Shown: positions 1 to 13,499 of the stretch, piece after piece | How the letters are laid out: every line of letters starts with the position of its first letter | How positions within the stretch are numbered: the first letter of the stretch is position 1 | Assembly: GCA_043228905.1 (NCBI GenBank) | Contig: JBHGNT010000002.1 | Location: forward strand, 1,674,001-1,738,000 | Length of the DNA: 64,000 nt | Reading direction: 5' to 3' | Source of the DNA: Azolla caroliniana | Lineage: Eukaryota; Plantae; Polypodiophyta | Program-made: the position numbers and the translations under genes | The notes under the pieces: model-generated | The model's input: the letters and a program-made list of their open reading frames with translations, nothing else | What the model was told of the DNA's origin: nothing | Databases searched by the model: none

Positions 1-1770
1 TATATTTTTCTATGGCTATGGTTGGACCCCCTTTTATTCACTTTTCACCTTTTGGCTTGCCACATCACAATAACCTTTGTACTTATGTAGCTCACGCAAA
101 CAAGAGTTGGAGTACAAACAAGTGCCACCGATAGGTGCCATCATAGGAGTAGAAGCGACACAAGAATACAAACCATAACAATAAGGGGAGATATCAAAAC
201 TAAATTAATTGAAGAGGAAATAATTATCACAACCATTGGCATGATGACATATTGATAAGGACTAACCGAAGAAAAATGAGAGTGGTGGCATTGAAAAAGG
301 ATAGATACAACGGCAAATATTATAACCAATGAAAGCATTGGTGTGGAAACATGTATCACAAAGGTTGGGGCAATGGCATGTCAAGAAGGATGACTTAGAC
401 AAAAACAAATGTGACAACAAAAGCAAGCTGACAATGTGGGTGGCTGAAACTACTAGATTCGACCAACTAGTGTACCCCTAAGTTGTGGGCCTCTACCCAA
501 GGCAATCCCAAGATGTTTAGATGTCAAGGGTAAGCAATAAGATTAAGGCTAATTTCTACGTGATGTGATCCCAATTGAATAAGCAACATAAAAAATTTCA
601 ATGTGTAACCACACCTAAAGAAGGAAAGCAATCTTTGATCACTTCCATGAAGTTTGGGGTGGTTTTATAATTTAGCATTGGCAATGTTGATGAAACAAGT
701 TGTGTCTCTAGAGGCAATCGACACTTCGGTTGAAAAGAAGGTTGAGCCACTAATGAGGTGTACAACAATAAGTGAAACTCTAGGTTCAACTAATTGGGGG
801 TTGAAGCTTTGGCAAAGAGTGCAAAAGTCAATGTTATCCAGATGTGTTGCTCCTATTGCAACTAGACATTGCCATTTATGAATTGGTATACTCCATAGAG
901 CATGCCCCTTGTTGTTGGTCTGTTGTACAAGAGTAGGTCATATGTCTGGGTTTTCCATAGTACATTCAAAAGTTGTGATCCCAATGATGTTGTCATTGGA
1001 TAGAAGTCAAAACCAGTTGGCAATTTTGTCATATATCCTTATTGTAGATTGTAAAGTTTGTTCATTGCAAATCAACATTTTTGAAGGTCACGTTGATTAG
1101 CATATGGGATTAGGCTTAATACACTTGATTAATACATGTACATGAGATTAACATCAAAATAAACTCATATTAAGATCTAGATTGAAGATTATACAAGACA
1201 TCCCTTTATAATGTATGGTTTACAAAAGATACATAGTGAATAAGCACAATGGTGATAACAAGAAATGATACAATGAATGATTAGAAGAGAATTGGGTACG
1301 GTGGGTTAGTTGCAAGGATCCAAGCTATCTGATCTTCGACGAGGCCTCACCTACCATCAATGGTCACGCCGTCTTCATTGTTGAGATAGTGTCCTCGTGC
1401 CACTTTGAGCCTCCTTCCTTGCCCGATGAGCTAACTCTACCTTCTTTCTCTTTGACACAGCTTCTTCAAGTGGGACAAACCCTAAACACTCTCAAGTAAA
1501 AAGAAAATAAGAAAAGGAAGAACGAACCTAAACTCCTGTGAAAAGATGAAGAAGAAAACCCTCAAATCTGTAAGTGTGATGAGGAGAAGAAAGAAACCCT
1601 AAAATTCAAAGAAGAAACCCCAAATTCCCAAGTAAGTGCAGTGGAGAAGACGAAGATTAAGAAAAGTCCCATAAGACCCTAATGGTGCACTCTTGAAACA
1701 CAAAATGAGCGACCTGAAAGACTAGACTGGTCAAAACTTCACAGAACCCATGTTTGCTCTAAACCACTAA
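1..1770 (-). mobile_element. Degenerate LTR-retrotransposon-like internal sequence (gag region)
   Basis: Minus-strand zinc-knuckle remnant YYGKPRHMTYSC (~925-965). GCTCTAAACCA at ~1756 resembles a decayed Met-tRNA PBS (GCTCTGATACCA). No intact ORF; boundaries approximate. Confidence 0.35.
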
Positions 1771-2845
1771 GAGAGAATAGATTTCTATGAAATCATCGAA
1801 AAATGAGCTTTTGGACGAGTTTGTGATGATTATCAACACCTAAAAAGCCACTTGAGCTTCATCAAAACTGGTGTTAAACTCCCTGTGAACAAATGATGCA
1901 AACAAATTACACATCCTTCTATTGAACTGGGGTGAAATCCTTACATCCTAAATTACGTGATGTGAATGCTTGATTCATTAACTTGAGATGATCTTGCACA
2001 ACCTATTTTTATTTCTCTAACATATGGTAAAAGAATGATCCTCATTAGTATGTCAATTTGACTTCGAATCTGTTGTTTGTCTGAGCATAAAATGCTTCTG
2101 CAAAATAACAACCAAAATATCCACCATCCATGCCCAAAGATAAGTGCATTTTGAGTTATGTTGGAGGAAAAAGTTACTAATAAAATGAGTGATTCAGTGG
2201 CTAGGCTTTCTTGATAGCTTCGTCACATTTTGACCACAAGGTTGCAGAAGTATATTTAATCCTTACAATTACATACAAGTTTACAGAAATACCCATACAT
2301 ACAAACACACTTCTATCCCAAGAATGTGTTCATATCAAAATCGGAAATTCAGTGACTATGATTTTTTATAACCTCTTTCATGAATATTTTACTACAAACC
2401 AAGTTAATCTTCTTACAGAATAGAACAAAACATTTAACAAAGTTTGAACAACTCAATCCTGCAAATATGACAGCGTTCATATCATTACACAAAAATAGTT
2501 AGTAGAAAACAATTTTGAGCCTACATTCTGGTGCGAGTATGATAAGTAAGCTCAGTTTTTGTAAAGCATATCCACTTCATATATTAGCAAAGAGAATAAA
2601 TGTACAATTAAGAAACACATGCCTCAATCATGATTGAGGATCTACTCCAATCAGAGTAGTCAATGATCCTGCAAAATATTCAAGCATTCGGCAAAAGCCA
2701 ATCATACTTTACAGACCAGTGAGAATTTATCCCATCTCAAATTTATGCAAATTGAATTAATGCATGGACACCATACATGCCTGAATTGAGGCATTCTTTG
2801 TACATCAGATACAAGTTCTGAGCATAGTTGAATGAAGAACACAGT

Positions 2846-5009
2846 TCAAGAATCAAGAAGCTTCCTTATGTCTTTCTGCAAAAAAGAAAGCCATCACTGC
2901 ATTAAATTAACCTATGTCCCAGGATAAGAAAGACAAGGCAAAATATTGCTCTCCACTACAACTCAGAGGACCTCACAATTTAAGCCATGTTATTTAGGTA
3001 GTTTACAATATTGCAACTGTTGATTTGTTTAACCGCACAATAGAGTTCTTCTAGCATAGACTTCTATGCCTAAGTTGATGCTAGCTTGAAACCATATCAC
3101 AATCCTGATAATGGATTGAGTGATTATAGGCAGTGTTTTTCCACTAATGCTGCCAGCAACATATACAATAAAATAGGACACACCTCAATCTGAAGTGGAG
3201 AAACCCCTGACTCATATCGTTGCACAACCTGGCCATTCTTGTCAAGTAAAAACTTTGTGAAGTTCCACTTTATGTTATCATTTCCGAAAAGTCCTGAGCT
3301 CTTGCTGGATTTCAGAAATTTATAGACAGGAGCAGCATTAAAACCGTTCACATCAACCTATACCACAGAGAAAGAGCATTATTTCCTTCTTCTTCCTTTG
3401 AATTCCAGGAAAAGTATAAAAACAAATGGTTGATAAAAACAAACAGAGACTAGCCTTGTCAAATATAGGGTATTCTGCTTTGAACCTCGAGCACGCAAAC
3501 TCTTTGATTTGTTGATTAGTGCCAGGTTCCTGTCCTCCAAATTGGTTACAAGGGAATGCCAATACTTCGAAATCTATTAGAGAAAAGGAAACATCAAACA
3601 CTCTACATGTATAAAGAGGCGCAAATTCATGAAAAGATGTTCCATAAAAATTCTTGCCTTGACCCTTTAACTTCTTGTATAACTTCGCTAAATCTGTGTA
3701 ATTCGATGCAGTATAGCCACTGTAAACACAACATTATGTGCTAATTTTTAAAAACCAATGTGGAAGCATTACCATTACACATCATCTACGAGACTTTAGA
3801 CATCCAGCCATTGCTTATAGATTCGTGAAATAACTTAATAAAATTCAAATAAATAAATAGGTTTTTCCAATATACATATAAATTGGCATCATGGTAAATC
3901 ATATGATTTGAAATATTAGGGTTGTGAGTTCAGGTCTCAAGAAAGGGATTTTCATTCCATACTATTCATAATCCTTCTTAATCTCGCCATCCGTCATAAA
4001 AATAATCTGGAATAGTTTGTGTGGACTCGAAAATTTCTCTAACGGAACAGCTTCATAATAGGATGATAGATAAGGATACAGTACAATCCATACAGAGATA
4101 TTTGTCGTATAGTTTTAGGAAAACACAACAAGAAGGTATTTAACATATGAATCATGTACAACATCAGTTTGCTCCTAGTAAATGGGTTTACAAGGTTTAT
4201 ATTCAAACTCTGAGTTTAAGACACGCTCAATTTACCCTTTAAGACTGGCATTACATATTCACATCCAAAGCTGAGGAGAAATAACCTACGGACATGCTAA
4301 CAAAACGTGATGTGTACATCCGATCACACAAAATTATCAGGAACTAGCCACATTCAAAAGTGCCACGACCTTTGATTGTATCAAACTTTCAATTTTCCAC
4401 GAAGAAGAAAAGCATTAAAAAAAAAAGTCTATTGATAATAAACATTGGCAAGAAGCCTATGGATAAAAAGATCCAGAAATAAAAGAAATGGACAAGTTTT
4501 ACCATAAACAGAAGGATACAAGCTACCGTTCTAAGTCCAAAGAAAGGATTAACACACCAGCGGGAAGCGACATTTACAACAAGCAAAACTTTCCCTTTAT
4601 ATTTGCTCAAGGCCACATCTTTCTTGTCAATATCCTGTCCAAAAATAGGCATAGGAAGACACAGGATATAAACAAATAAAAAAACGGGAGGAAAAGGCAT
4701 GGCATAAACACATGAACATAGGTGGGTGGGTACCTTGACAGTAAAATCAAATATGCTCGTTTCTGCAACAACATTTGAAGCTTTTCTAGAAACGGATCTA
4801 GCCGAAGAGGAGGAGGAAGAAGAAGAAGAAGACAGAGAAGGGAGAGGACGAGATAGGGGTAAAGGGATGCGATTACTGTTACCACAGAAGAAATGCGACG
4901 ATCGATGGAACGGTGAGATTTGAAAGGAAAGAGGGGGCGATGAGAGGGCATCATGGGTAGTTCGCAGAGACGCGATGGAGGAGCAGGAGGTCACAGTCAT
5001 CATCGCCAT
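2846..5009 (-). CDS. GPX: Glutathione peroxidase-like thioredoxin peroxidase (plant PHGPX type) with Ser-rich plastid/mitochondrial transit peptide; exons 5009-4734, 4634-4558, 3719-3658, 3573-3455, 3357-3184, 2875-2846
   Basis: Spliced protein contains [40 protein letters not shown] and ends KDIRKLLDS*. Internal exons of 77/62/119 nt match the conserved plant GPX structure. Introns 3 and 4 have GC donors. Confidence 0.96.
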
Positions 5010-5162
5010 GGAAGGAGCTCCCTTCTCTCTTATCGGGCCCAAACACTGTCTGGATCAACCAAATTTAGTGAAGCAAAATGCTTTGATTACCTTCGTTTTG
5101 CACTAGTTTTCATGTTAATCCATCCACAAATCATCGATTAGCGGCAACTAATCCATGCTTAC

Positions 5163-5393
5163 TAGGAATCAGCCACTGTTCGGTTTCCGCTTAACCGGTT
5201 TGGCCTTGTCCAAACCTAACTGGCATTATCCGGTTTGGACAAACCGTTTAGCCTTAACGGGTTTGTCCCCATCCGGTTCGGTTTGGCTTTAGCCTTGCCG
5301 AACCGAGCCGAACCGACCCACCAAACCGTCTAATCGTTTAAAAACTGTTTAACGACTCGGTTTAGGCTTGAACCCAGCCATTGCCGACTCCTA
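5163..5393. mobile_element. hAT-type MITE (231 bp)
   Basis: Imperfect TIRs (TAGGAATCAGCCA / rc TAGGAGTCGGCAA), perfect 8-bp TSD ATGCTTAC at 5155-5162 and 5394-5401, many AACCG/CGGTT subterminal motifs. Confidence 0.9.
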
Positions 5394-7463
5394 ATGCTTA
5401 CCTCACTTCTCACGAATCTACGTCACTCGATCCGCTCATAATTTGGACTATCTAACTTTTGAGTTCTAATCAAGCGATTGTTTGTCTCAAAGCATGATTC
5501 TTGAAAGATAATTAGCGCCAACTTTGTATCGCTCCCTTGGGACACAGGCAAGAGTGTATCTATTGTCTCTTGTTCGATTGACGTTGAGAAATCCTTAGCC
5601 TCAACCATGCACAAAATTCCTCTCCCTCATTTGTCGCTCTATTTCTTCCATGAAGATGATCGTGATTTGGTTCAATTGCTTTAGACCCACAACTAGTTAG
5701 TTTTCCGCACTTTTGAATGTGTTTCTTCTTCCTACCTGCTATCTATCTCATGAATGACCCTCATATGCTTCACATTCATGCCTATATGTCTTCGTCCAAA
5801 GAGATCTCCACAACATATTGTGGCAATTTTTGTAATTCCGTGGTTATATACATTTTCAGGTGTTACCAAGACACCACTCACCACCTTCGTATGGTCTTTG
5901 ATGATTCAAGTCAATCTATTGACAAAGATATTTACCTTTTCTATTTCCACTAGCTTTTCGAAGCTAGACTATTCAACTTTATGCCAACATCATCATTAAG
6001 TATCTACCAAGCTTATACGGCCTTATTTGATTGTTGAATCAACATCCACATTGAATTGAGTGTGTCAGTTACGAATAAATAAAACAGACTCAACCTTTCC
6101 ATCTATCAAGCATATAGTTTTTTGGATCATGTTCATGTATTATATTATCCAACATTTTGTAGGTACTAGGAATCCATCCTCGTGTATACCAAGTTGAATC
6201 TCCCCAATGTGTTGTTGACACCATCAAATTTCTCTTTCATGGTCAAGATGTTTGGGTGGTGATCACATGTTCATATAACCACCATCCTTACCATCATGGT
6301 TGATTCGTGAATGCCATTGTAATCGTTCCAAATCTCTCTTACATCTTGATTACCTCTTATGCTTTTGTCGTTATTAGTGTAATTATTCGTTCTAGTTCTA
6401 CAACAAGGTTTAAACATTGTTCAAGTTTAGGGTTGCATTGAAATTCATGCATGGCTTATCAATTGTATACGGGGTCGTCACCGTCATCAATTCTCAAAAA
6501 GCTCCCCACATTTCGTTTTAAACAAGCTTCTTCTTCTTTTTTGTTCTCATGTATTGTTTTTGTGCATGTACATGCAATATCCTTGAGCCCTCCTTCTATT
6601 AGTGTTGCCTTAAATTGGGTCTATGCAATTGATCCACCTTACTCTAGATAGCCGTCGATGTTCTATGCATAGTGTACGAGTTTCAACTAACAAAGAGAAC
6701 ATCAAAAGAGAGATACGAAATAGGAGAGCTTCACCATTTTTTCATTCACTCTTCACACCTTCACAAGACATTATATCCGTGGTTATTTGCCGCCTCCTCC
6801 AAAATTGACTTTCTTTACAACACAACATTCACATTCCCTCTTGATTTACACTTTGACTTTTCACTAACTCCTTCACATGTCCCCTATTGAACTATGGAAT
6901 GATTAGCACACCTTGGCTACAAAGTCATCATTGCGATCATTAATGTTGGTTCTAGTCCTACAATGAGTTCATCCCCTCATAATCCCTACTTAATGACTAA
7001 CACCCCTCCTCCTACTGAATGTCCCAACATATTATTTTCACCTTCTTGTCACCTTTCCTGTACATTTGGCAAACGAGTTATGCTACGTATATTGTTATAT
7101 TGTTTTGCTCTCATAGGTTACACAAACCTCTTTAACAGAGACATCAATACACTTATTCTACTTCACACATCATAGTAAACGATATTACCAAAATGCATGG
7201 TTAACCCACCTTCATTGCCAAACGATGTTACCAAAATGCATTAAGCCAACACTAATATCATATATGTGCATTACGATTGTGTGTCTCTTTATAACTATTA
7301 TCGTTTAATCATTTCATGTAGTCATTCAATAGGTGCCACTTTAGAGTCTCCATTTTGTCATGCCAACATATGGTTCAACACATAATATATTGGGGCCATT
7401 GTTTTTGCAACAAAAAATAAACATCGAGCATAGAACATATTTTGTAATTCCTTTCAAATTATT

Positions 7464-7799
7464 ATCATAACAAGCCATAGTATTGTGGTTAGTAAGATTG
7501 CTAATCTTCTCCCAATTCTTGTAAACACAATTACAAACGCTAACTGAAGTAATGGTGAATATTGGTATGTGTATATCTTTTTTACAAGGCAACTTATCAA
7601 ATTAATTAATCAGAATGGGATTCCTTTTGAAAGTAATATCATAACAATCAATAGTATTGTGGTTAGTAAGATTCCTAATCTTCTCCTAATTCCTGTAAAC
7701 ACAATTGTAACTACAAAAGCTAACTAAAGTAATGGTGAATCTTGGTATGTTGTATATCTATTTTACAAGGCAACTTAGCAAATTAATTAATCAGAATGG
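7464..7799. repeat. Diverged direct duplication of ~160 bp (7464-7618 and 7638-7799)
   Basis: ATCATAACAA...GTATTGTGGTTAGTAAGATT...AAATTAATTAATCAGAATGG occurs twice. Confidence 0.9.
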
Positions 7800-7821
7800 A
7801 TGCATTGAGCACCAGTTTTCA

Positions 7822-7868
7822 GATGATGGTGATGGTGATGGTGATGGTGATGGTGATGAGGTGATGGT
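7822..7868. repeat. (GATGGT)n microsatellite
   Basis: Directly visible. Confidence 0.9.
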
Positions 7869-7879
7869 TAGTTATATCA

Positions 7880-8723
7880 TTACTTGGAGGTGCCTTTGAA
7901 GTCTCTTGTGGCCGACCTTCGGGCCCATTCTCTGAGCCGTGCGGCTATGGCGGGTGAGAAGGTGGGGCGAAGAAGCTGTATCGCGGAAGAGGAGGAAGAG
8001 AAGGAGGAGAGGCGGGAGAGAATGGATCTGCTGTAACTCATTCTCGATCGCTCCTCCTCGTCTTCTTCGGGGAAGAGGTACCGAAAGAAACCTGCAGAGT
8101 CCGTGGCCTGCGAAGAAGACATGGAGAGGGGCGAGAAGTAGAAGAAGATGAGGAAGACGAGAAGCTGCACCAGCAGGAAGGCCAGCGGGGATCGCCACTC
8201 CCAAGCGATTCGTTGGGATTCCTGCAACCACAACTGCACGCAGTCGATGCCGATGCTGCAACCAGATCCTTCCATAAACCCTCTGAAAGCCTGCAGAATT
8301 TGGTTTCTGATCAACGATCTATGAAAAGAAGGAGGAACCCTTCGATTGTTTTTTTGTTTTGATGAAGGAAACAAACCCTAAATTTTTTTGAAGGGAACCC
8401 TTAGAGATTTGTTTTGGATGAATGGAACCCTAAATTCTTTCAAGGAACCTTTGGAATTTGTTGAAGAAACCCTAAAGAAAAATTTGAAGGGACACTTAGA
8501 TTGTTTGAGGAATGGAACCCTAAATTTTGTAAGAGACCCTTACAAATTGATGAATGAAACCCTAAAAATTTTGAAGGGACACTTAGATTTTTTGAGGAAT
8601 GGAACCCTAAAATTTGGGATTGGATGAGGCGGCTGCTTCAAGGTAGAAGAAAAGAAAGGTTTTTTTTTTGGGGGGGGGGGGGGGGGCTAACTTCTTAAAT
8701 GTTGAGACAGAAACCCATACCAT
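7880..8723 (-). CDS. Uncharacterised ~136-aa protein with one hydrophobic segment; probable ATG-only first coding exon (8723-8721) and exon 8290-7880
   Basis: GC-rich ORF against an AT-rich background. TM-like LAFLLVQLLVFLIFFYF. Donor ATG|GTATGG and acceptor TTCTGCAG|GCT join in frame to MAFRGFMEGSG...; alternative start at 8275. Confidence 0.6.
8370..8615. repeat. Degenerate tandem repeat (~90-bp period) rich in AACCCTAA telobox-like motifs, inside the predicted intron
   Basis: TTTGAAGGGACACTTAGATT..GAGGAATGGAACCCTAAA is repeated ~2.5 times. Confidence 0.8.
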
Positions 8724-9055
8724 CTCTCTATATATAGTGCTCCTTTGTTTTTCTTCTTCTACATTTGACTCTATCTTTTTGTTCTTCTTTTAAGGAGGAC
8801 CCAAAAGCCGTGTCAGCCACAAAAAGAGAAACATGCCTTTTAGGTTGGCTGCTTGTTGTAACTTATTTGTTACTCATCTTTGTTTGACCGTGGGCCATTT
8901 TTCCAACGTGCCCATGGATAGCCCCCCTTCTTGAGACTCCGAGATCTACCCAACCTTTTTCTTTCTCCACTTTGCATACATTCATATCATATCATATCAC
9001 ATGCCCACTTGTTATTGCCCCGAGTCGTGAGCTGACCCATTCATAATGTCATAAT

Positions 9056-9060
<5 letters not shown>

Positions 9061-9124
<64 letters not shown>

Positions 9125-9130
9125 CTCTCT
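9061..9130. repeat. (CT)n/(CTAT)n microsatellite
   Basis: Directly visible. Confidence 0.95.
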
Positions 9131-9699
9131 CTTTCTATTATTGACTATTGTTTGTGGGTTTCGATTGATTCGATGGATTGTATGATATCGCTGATTAGCC
9201 TTGTCATCGTGGGAGTTGCCTTAGTTAGAACAAATCTCGTTGACAATGCATCCTCTCTTTACTGCTCATTCGTTGGCCCGCACTATCTTATATATGACTC
9301 TCGTAGTCTTCTTTGTTAAAGTACATGGAATATTAATCACTCTTTTGTCGTGGCTCTGAACCAACTGTTCGTCGATAGCTACGTTGTCATGCATGTCCAT
9401 GGTCAACAATATATATGGTTTATATGCGTCTATGTTTCTATTGAGTGCTACAGTCACCCTATGAGTGCTCGTGTAAACGTGTTAGGAGCACTTTTATGTG
9501 TTTTAGGCCAAAGTCATCAATAGGGTTTTAAGAATTCGATCTCAAGCGTGATGTTGCTCTCTTAGCATTTTTTAAGGTGTACCAATTGTTAGGGCTACAC
9601 AGTTGAGCAAATAATGTTGCATGATCGCATGTTATCCTGATGCTTGATTCTAGGTCAAGGAGGGGAATTTCTTAATTTACATACAATGAGTTGGAATAG

Positions 9700-12300
9700 T
9701 TAACATGAACTCTTAATGTGATGTCGTTTGCAATTTATTTTAAAGATCCAAGTGTCATTGCATTAATTATGTTAGTGTTCTCACCATTAAATTAACACCT
9801 CGTAGGACAATATGTTTCTTTGAAAAGTAAAGTATCCACATGGACATGTAAATGAGTTGTTGGATGTTTTGCATGGGAGCCACCATCTACGAGTCTCAAA
9901 ACATAAATCCACATACATGGAGCGACCCTTGTTTTTTGCAAACCAACGTAAATACTCTTCCGTGTAGTTTATTATTAGCAATAACGTAGAATGCCTCAAT
10001 TAATTTGAAATATGTGTAAGTCATGTTTTTTTTTATCATTCTCGTAATATCTTACATTATCACTTAGTATAGCTATGAGTCAATAACACAATCACGTTTT
10101 TATATTTTTTGCACATCACATCTTATGCAATATATTGTGATGGAAAGTATTATATTTGAAAAATGTTGCGAAGTGGAGTGTTGAAATGTAGAAAAATTAC
10201 TAGAAAAGAATTGAATTTATTGACATCGAGGGCAATGTTATCAAATCGAGGATTTTGGTCATATGTAAGGGCATAGGTCGTTTGCAAAGATGAGTTAGTG
10301 TCGTGAAAGGAATGTCTAAGTTATCTTTGATAAAGTCTTTCCTTTGCCATTGTCTATCAATATGTAATGCCAAAAAGAGTTTGTCTTACGTGGTTGGAAC
10401 ATTTCAAGGTGAATCATACTACCAATTTCTACGAAAAACAAAACAATGTCGTAGATGAATATTGATGGTCATCTTTTATCAGTGCCAATATTGTCATCAT
10501 AATTCTTAGCAGTTATCACGTGTTCTACAAAAGAAGTGTCAAGGGTATTTGTGAAATCAACATCCGCCACTACATCTTTAGGACCAAACGCTAGGAATCG
10601 ACATGCATGACAATTTCCAATGTAACCTTCAATCTTGATAGTCTAATTAGCACTATTTGCGACATACTTGTTCCAATATCATTCTTCAACTTTCATGAAC
10701 TTGTTAGAAAACATGCATTTAATTAATAAATATAAATGAATTTGATTTAAAAATAGGAAGGCTGCATTGTAAAATTTTGATAAAAATATAAATTTAATGG
10801 CATGAATTATGTAACATTTCAAAGGCAGAATTACTATAATATGCGTATTTGTATTACAAACCCAATGTTTGCTTTCTTAGTCTTCATTAGTTTCAAAATC
10901 ACTTATATATGTTCTCGAACCAACTAATGCATTGAATTGTTATAAAGTATTTTCTCTCTTGTCTACGTGCAAGCAAGTCCACCGAGTCATTTTTTCATAT
11001 ATTTCAAACATAAAATTCTCATGACTTTTGAATTAGGCATCTTCTTGTATAACATCAACGCACAATTTATTGACGTGGTATATCTTTTATGCTTTTTTAG
11101 GTCCATGAACCGTATTGCCAAGGAATGTCAATAAAAAACTTTCCATAATTGCACTAAGATGCTCCACAATATTGCTGGCACCGTAAAACACTCACAAATT
11201 CAACAGAACACATAATCCTCACAGTAGTGTCACCATTTATCCACAAGAGAGCCACATCATCGAGGATGCACATTGAATGGAACTTTTTGTAATGCGTGAT
11301 TGATTAACATATTCTAGACATGCAACCCAAGGATAATTAAAATTGATCCATATACATATAAAAGTCATATGATAATAGAACAATTACGGAACTCAAAAAA
11401 CACTATTTTTATTTCTAGGATTTCCGATTGACCATGATATACAAGATTCTTCAAATGTCCCCCTTTCGCAAATATCCATTTTGTGTCACATATAAAAAGA
11501 TGTTTTGTCAAGCATTAAATGCTCCTTGGAAAATTCTCATGTAAAGGAAAATATATGATTACCATTATTAACACACACACACATACGTGCGTACATACAC
11601 ACATACATACACACGTACATATGTACATACATATCTATACACGCGCGTGTGTATCTAATATTCCATGCATGGAGATGAAGTCTTGTTTTAACTTGTCCAA
11701 CAAAAGGTAACAAATATACAAAATTACTCACATACCAAAAATCCAATGTAAAGAGTCAATGGAATTAATGTTTACATCTTTGTTGTGGTACAATACAACT
11801 ATTGTTTGTCATTGTAGCGAAGCTTTTGGTAGTTCTTGGGAAATAATGACGTGGGACCATGGTTTTATACAGTCATCTATCTATATTCCACATTTACGGA
11901 TTATACACCTAATCAACAAGTTGCAAGATAAGATTCCCTAGTCAAAACGATGCATTTATGAATAATACTAGATTTACGTGTGTCTAGCTCAAATATTAGC
12001 TTTTATTGGAAGTCCAATAGAATAGGAGGATGCAATTCACCTACTTCTCAAACCATGGGAGTCAAGATTACTAGCCAAGTTGTAAGACAATATGCTCTAG
12101 GCAACATGTAGATAAAAGACACATCTGTGAATGGCATTAGCTTTACGAAATGTCTAACTCAAATATTAGTTTTTATTGGAAGTCCAATAGAAGATGAGGT
12201 GAGGATGCATTTTATGTACCTCTCGACAATGTTAACCTTGAACCATGTTATACATAGATCACTCACACTTCAACATCGTCCGAATCGAAAACTAGCCATA
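9700..12300 (-). mobile_element. Highly degenerate Mutator-like (MULE/SWIM) transposase remnant
   Basis: SWIM-like FTCPCGYF in ORF 9787-9999; otherwise stop-riddled. No TIRs identified; boundaries uncertain. Confidence 0.35.
11570..11652. repeat. (CA)n/(CATA)n compound microsatellite
   Basis: Directly visible. Confidence 0.9.
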
Positions 12301-13499
12301 AACACCATTGAAATAACCTAATAAAATCAATGACATGTTACTCAAAATAACAAAAATGTCAAAGAAATATATGATGTCGGATTTTATGGGTAAGAAGATA
12401 CATCATTCATCAAAGGATGCCAACTAGCTCAATGTTTCGATTTTGGATCACATTCAACTGAACATTACGACACTTCAATTTTTCTACAAATATGTGAAAT
12501 AAAATGTTGTAAAGGACTGCCAAAAACCAATTTAATCTTTGGGCTAGTTACAATTCCAACTTTTAAGTCTGATTTTGAGTCAAGCTTCGGAAATAGCCAA
12601 CTAGAGCCTTTAAGCTTACTGTGGATAGATATAATCATATCAGGTTTTGAATATTATTGGGAATGGGCCCCTTTTAGGAAATATTTTGACTTCAATCTTA
12701 AATAAAGTCAAAGGGGCTATAGGAGAATCCCATGAAAAAATATTCCAAATTATATCAGTATTCATTACTACCATACTACTACATGTGCTCATTAACATTA
12801 ATGATAACCTCTTCATTCTTTGTTCAAAAAATTCAAACCCCTCGTATCTAGGACCTTACCTTCAAGATAATATATTTTAAAAACATCATTAGTTGACACA
12901 TATTTTACCCTACTACAGTCTACCACTTACAATGGACATGTTAAGCTCATTAGAACATATGACAATGGATCTCAATGAAATTATTGGTTGTACATTAACT
13001 AGTTAAAGTCGTTGGCAAAAAGTATATTCATTTATTTTGTGATTTAAAGTAATCGAATAGTTTATACAATGAATAACCTAAATACAAAATAACCTCAACT
13101 TGGCTACATTCATTAGTTGTTAAAACATGAATTCAATGGTTTTGATCTATATTTGCTTGTAGAGAATATTCAAGTTGGGTTTTATAAGTGTTTTTCATTA
13201 ATTGATTTAGAGTCTATATACGGGAGTTCTAGCGAAAAACAAGAACTAGCCTCACATACATACATAAGTTATAACTGGTGCTTCCATTTCTAATTCAATT
13301 TATGCACGATACAACATATATGTAGTTTGTCCATGTTAATTAGTTGTTAATAAATGAATTTAATGATTTTGATCTATATTTTTTTTTTCCAAAACAAATA
13401 CTACAATAGTATTAAGAAACGCCATAAGAGATGTACATCTCGGTAATGAGCCCCTTTCTAAGTTCTAATTGTCAGCTTAAATAAATACTTCGTTGAAGA

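Noticed and set aside
3717-4560. Selenocysteine GPX (active-site codon split TG|N)
   Set aside because: The next exon begins with T, giving TGT (Cys). The W in the ORF track is intron read-through.
5424-7330. Helitron or other autonomous element
   Set aside because: It looks like decayed coding DNA, but I could not identify Rep/helicase motifs or termini.
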